From NCBI GenBank assembly GCA_002633005.1, contig NMRA01000231.1, positions 376,082 through 440,081 on the forward strand: 64,000 nucleotides of DNA, in the 5' to 3' direction. Position numbers and translations under genes: made by a program. Origin of the DNA: Phoronis australis (lineage: Eukaryota; Animalia; Phoronida). This document shows, in pieces, positions 53,418-64,000 of this stretch (its first letter is position 1; every line of letters starts with the position of its first letter). Below the pieces are notes generated by a model that ran no database searches, had not been told where the DNA came from, and saw only the letters and a program-made list of their open reading frames with translations.

Positions 53418-54136
53418 CAGTAAATTTCCTTATTTATGCCCATCCTGATTTGACCGCAACTTGAGCTTGTTGGGTTCTACCATATATTGAGTTGGCATAG
53501 GGACACACGTGGTGGTTACTCAAATGGGCTTCATTTTACCAAGTGAAGTAAATGAACAAAGTGGGTGATTATCATTACCGGAATTTCATCATTAGTATTT
53601 TTTGCCGGGTGCTCAAATTTTTCTGAGACTAGGGATTGTCGCATTTGTAAGGTAGAAGTATTTCGCTGGACTTCCAGGTCTGTGGCGTTATTTGTACCGG
53701 ACCAAAACTAAACAAACGAAACCTTTGATTAAATCAGGAGCTGCATAAAAATAATTGCAGGCGGTCTGACACACGTTTTACCAGACGTGCGCAGGCAGCG
53801 CATTTGGGCCCATTGCACTGATCACTTGGAACCATTTTTATGGTTTATTAATATATAGTTAAATCGAGCTGAGGAGCTTATTCACGACAATTTTTTGGCA
53901 GTGGGATTTTCTGAAAAATGCTCGTTAGTTAACAACAAAGTTTGATAGCAATGCAATTTTGTAAAAACTCTGTCATAGGTTACAGATGCGTCATAGAGGG
54001 CAAATTTGATGAATTCTAGCTTACGATTTCACCTGTTTCGGAGACCGGGTTTCAGCCACTTTTGGTCTATAACAAGCGCCCCCTTCCTGAAGCGGATTTT
54101 TCTAAGCACCCTGGCCGCTTATTAGGGCAAATACGG
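53418..54136. mobile_element. Tc1/mariner-pogo-type MITE with TA TSD
   Basis: ta|cagtaaatttccttatttatgcc ... ggccgcttattagggcaaatacgg|ta. Confidence 0.55.
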
Positions 54137-55149
54137 TAATATTTCAGAAGCACAATACTTAGTATCATTTACGCACGGGGCTCTTTTGTTACTTTAGGAG
54201 TGGGTTTGGTTCACTGTGTACCCTAGAGGTGGCATAGCATTTTACAAAAAATGTTGGAGAATTTTGTTTTCGTCATAACCGTTCGTTTGAAAGGCTTAAA
54301 TTGTTAGGACTTAAGGCGGAAATTTAAAAATCATTTATCCGCTTACAAAAATAACATTGAAGAATAAAAGCAACCTTCACAACCCTCTGTTGTTCCTGTT
54401 CTCATTTCATGTCATGAAACCTGCTGTTGAATTGTGAGATAGATTTCGGGAAGGCCCCAATCCCACTTCCGGAGTTTCCCATACGGCCCGTATTAGAATG
54501 TGTGCTAAGTAATTTAATAAAAAATTCTTAAGGTAGAATGATTTTGATCAATTTTAATATTAACTGACATGAAATGAAAATTTAATGTATTTCCTTGATT
54601 TTCCGCGTTTTTTGCACTAAATTAAATGGCCAGTCAACGCAGATCCCAATACTGTGGAGTCACGGTGAAAGCCAATTCGTTGCAACGATGATGTCAAAGA
54701 CTTCGATTAGTGAAGCGCCATCTCAAGTTTTTTTGGCGATAAATTGCTTTCGTGATAGGGCTACTGCGACTCAATAATTTGATGTTTTTCATCAATAAAT
54801 GTATTTTAGATGTAAAAATAGTCATTTTGGCACCGTACTAGGCTTTTAGGGCTCTGTAGGACCAATTCAACATTAAATCTCAGATCGGATTCGCATGATG
54901 CCAATTCTCAAAAACGCTCTTATGAGTTATTTTTAAAAGTTTCTCTTTTGCACGAGGGCTAAAAAGTAGGACCTTTGTGATTTACATGGATCATTTTGAA
55001 AGTTGGATAAAGCGAGAACGAAGTGATATTTTAGAAAACTGTAACAGCACTTTTTATACCTTACCTTGAACGCTTACTTTAAATGGAAATTAATAATGTT
55101 ATTGATATGGTTGTTTTGCAACCTTTTTTGTTAGTTTTTATAAAAAGAT

Positions 55150-56100
55150 TGGATCACATGATCCAATAAATAACAGATTGGTCAAAAAGTTACAATATAA
55201 AATTCTTCTACGTACATGTATGTCCGGAAAATGATAGTTTCGTCGTAAGTTGCACATGGTTTTCTAGATATTCAATGAATACACTTCTCGACAAGGCCGT
55301 CAATAACTTTACAGACACAATAAGACTTCAAACATTACTTTCATGTAAAGTCATTCTGGCGTGTATTATTTTGAAGTTAATTCGAGCATTTGTCCCATCA
55401 AATTAACATTTTTGTTGAACTTTAATCAAAGTTTAATATACCTAATTGCTAATTGTCTATTCGTGATTTTGAAAAAGTGCGTGGAGCGACAGCTGCCACT
55501 TCATTGTGTTTCATTTGCCTAAAAATTGTATTTCAACGTTGCCCAGAGCATTTTGAGAGCTACTGTATTAATTTAAGTATCATTAACGCTTCTACCAAAA
55601 CTCATTTTCTTGTCAAGCATGTCCCAATCAAATTAAATTGCCGAAATTAAAACAATAATAATTAGACCAGATATATGTCAATCGTAATCCTTCTAAACTC
55701 CTAAGGAGCATGGAATGGGTGCAACCGCTGTAGGAACATACAGATTAATACAAACCCTATTTTTTAAAATAAAGTGCTAAATTGACCCCTTGAATTTTAA
55801 ACTAATCCAAGACTTGCTATTTTTTCAAAATGTGACGTAAGTGTTAAGTCACAACTAAACATCCAAATAGCTTTTCTAATTTCTTACTCAAAATAAATAT
55901 TAATGTGAGGGAACTTTAGAATTTTAGTTGCTGGAGAAAATGCAAACGTCGACGGTGATGGCGAAAGCGACACTAACGAGACTAATATGGGTGAGATGCT
56001 GTTTTGTTTTTCATCGATTCTAGTAATCAAATTAATTTCTGTATCTCATTTCTAACACCAAAACAGTAGTCTTAAGCTCTGCAGCCTCATTTTCATCAAT
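55150..56100 (-). pseudogene. LRR ectodomain remnant
   Basis: MKHNEVAAVAPRTFSK at about 55466-55514, NLITRIDEK and LHFLQQLKF. Confidence 0.55.
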
Positions 56101-58211
56101 TACTTGCTTTGCAGTAGTTTTAAATATTAATTAATTTAATTACAATGTGGGCTGTGATGAAACTTTCCTGTGTATTAGCACTTTCTATTACGAAATATTT
56201 TTCTCCATATCTGAATTTATCGACGTTAATACATGTATATCAGAAGTTCTCAAGAAGAAAACAGAGACAACATCTGGCAAATGATTTTGTTTGGTTTATC
56301 CTTTTCTTTTAGAATATTACACAATCAAAGAATTGGTAACCCAGCAAATATGCCTTGTCGTTGTTCTCTTAACCCAACGAATTGCTTTATGTATGGGTTG
56401 TCGATATTTTATAACGGACTAAATCAGTCAAATAGGTGCTTTATTTGGGACCACATGTCTCATCATGAAGCAGTAAGCGATATAAACATGGAACTAAAAT
56501 TTACACAGATATAAACAGTGTAAAACAGCAGGCAAACAGGGAGTGTAAATTCATCACAAGGTAGGGAGCCCACAAGTCTAATGGAACAGAGCAAATCTGT
56601 GTGCGGCTCATTCAGCACAGGTTTTCCATGGCAGCTCAAGCGACTCCATAATATTTAAGCGGAGTGTGTGATATTCTACCTACAGAATGGTGGTATTATC
56701 TGCTGCTTCTTTGCTCGTGATTTTTTGGCCATGTTTGTGTAAAGGAGTTCTTGAATAGATCACCATGTAAAGCGTGGACAACCGTCGGGAGAGAGAACAC
56801 ACCATGTTCAATTATAGATTTTTGAACTGTATGCATTCGAGTTAACGACCATGCTAACGTTTGAACCTATCCCTACTTTGAAGTGTCCATTGCTCTACTA
56901 AATGTACCACTTAACATCTGGACATTTTCAATAAGCGCCCAGAGCTCATACTAGCACTCATTCGTCATTTTCCTTTGATGACTTTCAAAACTGCAAGGTG
57001 AGTTTTAAGTACTAAAACCCGATGAACTTCCAAGCACAATGTGTCGTTTTCAGTCGCAAAGGGGGACTTCGTATTCTGTAAGCGTGTCCAGTAGTGCATT
57101 AGAGTGACAGCGCGGGTTGAAAATTTCGCAGTCTACATTTAGTCAAAAGCTCATTCTTAGCAACTTGAAACCTACTTTTGAAAAGATCCCGTCTTTTCTC
57201 AACTTAAAAGGCCAAGTTCAGGCTTTTGTTTGATGTCTCCGAAGGAGAAGTACACGTTCACTAGTGCTAGAATGTACATGATGGTTCAATTGTCGGTTTA
57301 GCTCACCCAATTTTCCCCGTGGCACATACATGTATTCAATCGCATGGTAGCAAACCTAAATCACCCGATAATGGAAACCCTCACGGAGTGGTAATTTTTT
57401 ATTCTTTTCATTTTACAAAAAATTTTTTTAAAATAAATAAACAGCAAAAGTCACATAAGTTTGTTGATGTGAAATTAGCAGTAGTTACATGTATTTCCGT
57501 GGATTAATATTTGACTTGGCTGGGGCAATGTCTCCCTGAGTTTTATCGACAAGAAATTTTTCATTCGTTCGCTTTCCAAAATTTGGACTGCGAAAAAATG
57601 CAGTTGAAGCAGTTTGCACATACAGTTAGTTATCTATCTTTGCTGCTTCAACAACATTGATGCCAATCATACAGCAGGTTAGTCTTACAAAAGTGGCGTT
57701 ATCTTAAAAAAAGAACAGTTTTATATTTCACATTGCATACTATGCTACTCGAATACAAGTAGAGGGCGCTGATTTAACTTTCACATCGGCACTTGGCCGT
57801 GACAAATTATTTGAACTCGAAACCGCGAATGGATGTAGGCTGCCACGAACTACGGATCTACGAAACCCCTTGGGATTCTCGGCTGGAGCAGCTTTCGTTC
57901 GCATGGCAACATGCGCCTCTAGAACATTTTAATGGCGATTGAGTAGATTAGTTACGACTTGCAATGGTACCAGGCAACGAAAAAACTCAATCTTGCGACT
58001 TCAAACTTGCATTTAACGTAATGGGTAAGACCATAATGTATAAACATTTTTCTCGGGGCCTTAAAAGCCAATTTTGGTACACAAAAATGGCGATATTTTT
58101 TGCGACGTGGAACTTATGAACGCAAGCTGAATTTTGAAAATACGAAATTTTGGCTAGGGTCGCATATTGTGATCTTGCAATTTATTGGCGTCAAGCACTG
58201 TCATTACTTAC

Positions 58212-58405
58212 CTGCAATTAGTGCGAGAGCTGGCCTAGATATGTCTTTACTCCGGTCATCCCCCACTACGCACTGGTAATAACCAGTTGCGACATTTCTG
58301 GTGACCATTGTCATTTTCAGACCTTGAACCGTGAATACCCTATTACCACTTTTCACTCTGTATTGAATATCTTTAGGGGTTTTTCGATAATACCATATGA
58401 CTTCC
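58212..58405 (-). CDS. Exon: C-terminal part of an Ig domain (neuroglian/L1 Ig1-like)
   Basis: Acceptor ttttgcag, donor gtaagt, phase 2-1, 194 nt open: EVIWYY...LKMTMVTRNVATGYYQCVVGDDRSKDISRPALALIA (W, G.YQC, S..A..A). Confidence 0.85.
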
Positions 58406-58999
58406 CTGCAAAAGAGATCTGACGATAAAATCGAGTCTAAGGTTTGTTGTGGCATATAGTGTTGCACTCGAGACATACCGCCGCTTGGGCAAAACTATAT
58501 GCCGACAGCAACCTTATGGGTCCTTAACATTCACTTGTCGTCAACCTGCCCCCACACATTCTGTATTATTGCTTTCAGAGGGCGACAGATTTTAGAAAGC
58601 AACAGTGCTTCCTGTCAATAATCTGAAACAAAATATTGTCGATCCTAATGGAATGCTCACGTATTATGCCATCACTCGAAGGGGAGGGGGCAATAAGAAA
58701 AGGTAAAGACTCGTGATATGGGAGAGGAGCTTTATAGTCATTGCAGTCATAATTATTACACTGTATCCACCACAGAACATAAAGCTGGAAAACAGCTTTA
58801 CATTCTATGAAATTGACTTTAATTCTAAAACAGCTACCGCTTCATGCTTACAAGATTTGCATGGAACGTGGTAAATTTCAGTCTCGAATAGAAAAATATT
58901 GTTCCAGCTTGAACGAGGCAATTGAAAGCAAACTTATTCCCGGTAGCTAAAGACATACCATGTAGGTGGTACCGATACCTTCTAGATGGAATTTTTTCG

Positions 59000-59600
59000 A
59001 AAAAATAGTTTTATAAAAGCATTTCTTGCTTTTTTCAGTCGTTCAATTTCCTATTACCGTACCAGAAACATTCAGGTGAAGGAGCATGCTCACGAATGCC
59101 TCTAATTCCTACATTGTGAATGTGGCGCAAGCACCCACTGCTGCACTAAGTGTCAGCCCTCAACTTCTGAGAATTTGCAATTAAGCACTCACAGATCAGG
59201 CCGCAATCGCCACTCAGAGCATTGAAAACATGCTTGTGGCTTGAAATTGACACACAGCGTAAAAAGTGAGTCAAGCTCTCATTCTATATAATAGCAAATT
59301 CACCATAAAAACCGTCTTGCTCTGTATTTAAAAATAAAACCCTGGCTTTGTATTATTACTCCAAAAGTAAGTCAACAATTGACATCCATGAAAGGGTAGC
59401 GTGTCGTTCTGTGGCTGACCTATTTCCGCGTAGACGGAATGTAGTTGCATGAGAGTCAAACACCAATTTTCCCTGGGACGTCTGTTTTATGAAAAGTGAC
59501 TTAAAACAGAGATTTCGTCTCGTAATCCACATAAATGTTTCAGAATTATATTTAAAACCCATTTTTGCATATTATTATTAAATTGTCTGATAATATACTC
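59000..59600 (-). pseudogene. LRR/LRRCT-like fragment
   Basis: NSETFMWIT and TFRLRGNRS...LSWM (ORF 59356-59562). Confidence 0.35.
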
Positions 59601-59899
59601 ATAATGGTTATCTATTCAAAAAATGTGTGCAAATTATTTACATGCTATTATGTATGTATTAATGATACCAGGACTAAACGTTTACTTGGCAATTTTGAAA
59701 TGAAAACAATATTACGCCCATGATAGTATGCCCGTTACATAATATTCATTAAATACTGTCTATTGATTATTAGCGGGTTCATAATAAGATCCGGTTTGAG
59801 GCAAGCTAAACAAAACACGGAAATAAAACCCAGTCATAAATTGACAGTTTCGATTAGTGTTGGCATGGAATTAAAGTGTATAAATACCAATACAGCCAT

Positions 59900-61890
59900 G
59901 ACAACGGATTCTTGACAGTTTATTTTATAGGGTATTCAGCTATTGAAGTACACTAGGCTGTGACAGAAAATTTTACCTTTATTTTTGATTCAGGGCTTTT
60001 GGCTTTTCATCACAAACAAGGAATTTCCAAGAGTCTACTGTGTTGATGTGGTGGCCGTTGACAAAAGCAGTGACTACAACTGTATATCAGCCCGCTACCC
60101 AATATACACTGTAGCTTCGCAATACAAGCACTTCTTTTCTATTTTTGCTTGGAATCAAACAAATGTCATTATTTACTCAAGCTGAGTACTTTATGCGTCT
60201 AATGCATACATACATTCATTTTGCCTCCTACTTAGTACTCAGGTGAATGCGATTTGTTTATGGTGCTAATAAACAAAGTTTTGTCCAATACCATTTCCTA
60301 GTTTCCTTCTGAAAATGTGATGAGTTAAATGAGATGCAACAGAATTATTATTAAAGCCGCTACAAACCCACATTTGATTAATAATGAACTAACTTTTGAT
60401 TTACACCATTTTTGTAACAAACCTGTTTTCAGTAAGTTTCGTTACCTAGGTTAGGCTGGGTTGCTGGCTTGGAAACAATTGACCTAGAAAAAAGTGACAT
60501 GCTTTTTCAAGCCAAATGATAAGCTGAAGCTCCAGCTAAAACGAACTGACACTCAATTATTTCCATTTCCAGAAATCAAGTCTACTTTGAATAAGGAATG
60601 TGCCAAGACAATGCATGGTTTGTATCAAGAATTGTTTTATTAGATGGAAGGCAAGTTTATAGAAGCTTTGACAGCAATGACGTTATCACCATTAAGGAAC
60701 ACAATGGATTTTCAATGTCAAAGTTTAGCCTAGACCACACCAAATACATTAGACTGCAATAAGTCACAAAATAATATAAATGTGCATGCACTCTAGAGAC
60801 GTTTAATGACATGTATTAAATCGAAATATGTTTCCCTGGGTCGATGTAAATACTGGCGTTGACAAAAGTTGGGTATAATGTCAGTCCGCCATTTCGGATT
60901 TGAGGTCGCCAAATCTTAGAGCCGCCATACGGCTCTTTGGGATGCTTGCGCAACCACTGGGCGGCGGAAAAGGATCAGTAGTACTTCACTGTAGTAATTC
61001 TCAAAATAACATAACTGTTAATGCAATCGAGACTTACTGCATGGCATGTACTAAATCGAAATATGCTTAAAGTCATGGACACGTACATTGTATATCTTAA
61101 TTTCCACCATCAACCGGATCAACAGAAGCAGGTGATACTGGTTGATAAACTCAACATGAACAAAAATGCAAGACCACATCAATTACAAAGCAAGAACTGT
61201 ATCATTGTTTTGTTGGTCAAATGTAGGCTAACAGTGATTAAGTTTTGTTGGTTTACTTAACATATAAAAATCAAATGTCTGATTTATGTACATGTACTCT
61301 CCAGAAAACGAATAAGAGGAAAACTATTGTTTTGTCCAGTTGCAATGACTACAGCTTATATACATATTACGTTACAGTCCAAAATTAGCTTTGAATATAG
61401 CGTTAGTTTTTCTCAAGCAGTGACAGTTTATTTTGATAGATCAATTAACATTTGTTGTCAATAAAAGACTATTGACCTCAAGGCAATGAACTGGGTGGCC
61501 TGTGAATATAAGGTGCCAAGTTTGTGAACGCCTTGTTCTTCTTTCAAGCTTCTAATTATGGACGACAGTGGCTGTGGAGCATACACAGTCTTTGACTGCA
61601 TAGTTCTTGGATTTCTTGCTGAAGTACCTGTGTAGCCTATATGATTAAAAGACTGTGAAAAGTTAGGATATAATTGAGCACTGAAAGCAAAGATAGGCAT
61701 ACGGTGCAGACAACCACCGTTTAGTACAAGTAATAATGGCGTTGCTAGCTTGGGACCAGTGCAGCGTGTGACATAAGATTAGATGAGATAACCATACCCA
61801 TTCCATTGACACATTGTCATTTGGCTCTTGGTATAAATCTTCATAGCATCGTAACTTTTGACGGCATTTCCAAAATAGTTTATTGTTTAC
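59900..61890 (+). pseudogene. Toll-like receptor pseudogene (LRRs, two LRRCT-like clusters, TM, TIR)
   Basis: HLINNELT, AGLETIDL and YKCACTLETF near 60775-60805. CIIVLLVKCRLTVIKFCWF (TM-like). One frame at 61427-61610 reads VYFD...AMNWVACEYKVPSL*TPCSSFKLLIMD...FDCIV (TIR). NF*RHFQNSL near 61852-61882 (TIR FW motif). Confidence 0.7.
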
Positions 61891-61934
61891 ACGAATCCTA
61901 TAGCTGTAAGACTGGAACTTGAACCCAAAACAAC

Positions 61935-63017
61935 ATGGTTTTGTCCCAATTGCAACTCGGCAGTCCTTGCAAGAATATAAAGCTACCGAATAACTGGTTT
62001 ATAAAACTTAAACAAGGTTCATACTACGATTGTGTATCAGTAGGACTAACCAACAACTATCCAACATCCACAGGCGATTTAGTCGTTAGAAGAACAATTA
62101 ACTGTGGCTCTAAAATCCTGGTCCATTGGTGCATTTTTTATTAAATACCATTTTAAAATTGATCTCGGGTTTTTCCTTGTTCTGGTGGGAAATCATTTTT
62201 GTTCTATCAAAGAACTGGCAGTTCATGATGCAAAAAGGTACCCACTCATCCAAGGCTTTACCGCAAACAGGTCGTGCTGAGTTTATTATCCCGCTTCGCT
62301 AACAGGTAGTGTTGGTTGAAACATTCATGTGATTTGTTTACATTGGGGGTGGGCTAATCAAACAAGCAGAAAGCCTTCGACGTTGATAGACCTTGCTGCA
62401 ATTTTTTGTGAATTTTTTGTATAATTTAACTGAACCCAACAGTCCTTTTCAGGACTACGTATTATTCATTCGTTCCTTTAAGTGTTTTAGTGTGATGTAG
62501 ATTGTAGTGTTCATTAATAGTTTATAAGACTCGTATTTTCCTAGTACGTTAAAACGGTATAGGCCTATTTCAGACTTCGTGTTCATTATAGTTTGTAAGT
62601 TTTTTGTACACAAGGATACTTGACAAGTTCACTCAAGTAGGCATAATCTCGTTCAATTTGATAAAAAATTGCACTGCACTAAATCAAATTACGTGTTAAT
62701 AAAATGATACAAATTTTAACCAATCTGTTTTCAACTATTTACGATCTTATTCACCAAATAACGATTGATTTAATAAATCATGTACATCTTCCACCTATTC
62801 TTGAACATAAGTTACGGAAGATGTTAAAATGAGTGATTATGAGGTCAATAATTACGAAATTCTTTACACTGAACAAAAATTCGATTCCAAGTTCACGCAT
62901 GCACGCCGCACAGCACTGACAACTCCTAGCCATAAAGCAACACACCACGTGATTTGTGCAAAGCGCCACCTGCTTGCAGTAAAGCCTTGGAAGAGTGGGT
63001 ACCTCTTGCGTTCATGA
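61935..63017 (+). pseudogene. LRR/LRRCT fragment(s)
   Basis: LPNNWFIKLKQ...VGLTNNY and HVICAKRHLLAVKP. Confidence 0.35.
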
Positions 63018-63049
63018 TGATTTAGACAATGTCAGGCGAATGAAATGGC

Positions 63050-64000
63050 TTGCTGTGACAAATCAACCTGCGGTATAGGGACTGTCTCACTTGTTGTAAC
63101 AAATTGCTAATATGACAACAATCAGGCTTATTACAGACCACATGTGAACACAGTCAAACCTAGAGCGAATTGATTTTGATTCAACAAGAATAGATTGTCG
63201 TAACTTCAGTTGTAGTTTGGCGATTTTGGCGATTCGAAAACTAAATACGATCACCATTGGACGTGGATTTCAGAAATGCTATTGGTTTATGTTGAAATAT
63301 GTTATAACTTGACTTCAGGTCCCTTTTGGACTTGGAAGTCGTAAATAGGCAAAGTAATGGCTAACATAAATGTACACTTATGCTGATGGTTCTTAATCAT
63401 GGGTGATGATGGTTGTAAATGTTGGGTGTCATGTGCACACACAATAGGCCGTTTGAACTTGGCATGCATGTGCAGCGAAAGTAGTTATTTGTGAAGTCTG
63501 TTCTTGGTCATGCAACTATCCCAGTTGGCCCCTATGTTCAGTTATAATAAACTTTATTAGCAAGTTGAAAATTTTCAAATGCAAATTCGTTAGTTTACAA
63601 AGGTTCTGGATTTTTACAGGGCATACTCCGGCAAAGCACTTATAAGTAAGATTAAAACCACCACAACACCACGCTGGTATAGTTGAAGAAGGGTTAACAT
63701 ATGAATAACTCAAACTAAACGCAGCTGTTCAATGTGCAGTTAAATGCTTTAATAAGGAATAGCACTGACACCTGTTGCCAAAATGTAAAAACACGCATCA
63801 TTTGCTTAAAAGTATTGATATTTGGTAACCTGCTGACATAAATTTAGACAGAAAAGTTTTTGTACAATCACATTTTAGTAAAAAAGTTCACTACAGGATG
63901 GAAGATTTTGTAAACTCTGATGCAAACGCCTTGGTCTACTCATTTTTGTAAAAAAATCACCGTGCGTTGGGGTTGGTGATGAACGGTTTTGGGAACAGTG
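63050..64000 (-). pseudogene. TLR-like ectodomain remnant running in from the window edge, fused to a second LRR fragment at about 63311
   Basis: LQNLPSC, STIPAW, QNLCKLTNLHL, DFTNNYFRCTC (LRRCT, about 63463-63497) and HKCTF...PIYDF. Then SYNIFQHKPIAFL...VCNKP, shared with 13.2k. Confidence 0.6.

Noticed and set aside
58530-58622. Ig1 N-half exon (ECVGAG)
   Set aside because: Needs both a stop read-through and a frameshift. At best a decayed exon.
160-63713. Most short ORFs in the supplied track as independent genes
   Set aside because: 60-150 aa, often with non-ATG starts. They are chance ORFs or antisense/partial frames of the remnants listed.

Overview
AT-rich eukaryotic genomic DNA, probably from a marine invertebrate (inferred from the TE families and spliceosomal exons). 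It has an 86-N gap at 13654-13739 and single Ns at 25799 and 30597. There are three layers. (1) Four short, open, canonically spliced exons on the minus strand (58.4k, 50.6k, 21.3k, 19.4k) encode pieces of I-set Ig domains in neuroglian/L1CAM-like Ig1-to-Ig4 order. (2) Decayed transposons: a Sola3 element with both ends and a TTAA TSD, a Hero-clade non-LTR RT, a Tx1/L1-like ORF2, a Penelope RT, a Gypsy fragment, a THAP remnant and many MITEs. (3) The most striking layer is largely invisible in the ORF track. Much of the remaining 'intronic' DNA translates by hand into 25 or more intronless, stop- and frameshift-ridden fragments of LRR receptor genes (LRRNT, LRR, LRRCT, TM and TIR pieces of Toll-like receptors, plus one LRR-GPCR). 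They are packed almost end to end in both orientations, and some are duplicated within the window. All domain calls come from manual translation and motif recognition, not database searches. Pseudogene boundaries are approximate (roughly 50-150 bp).
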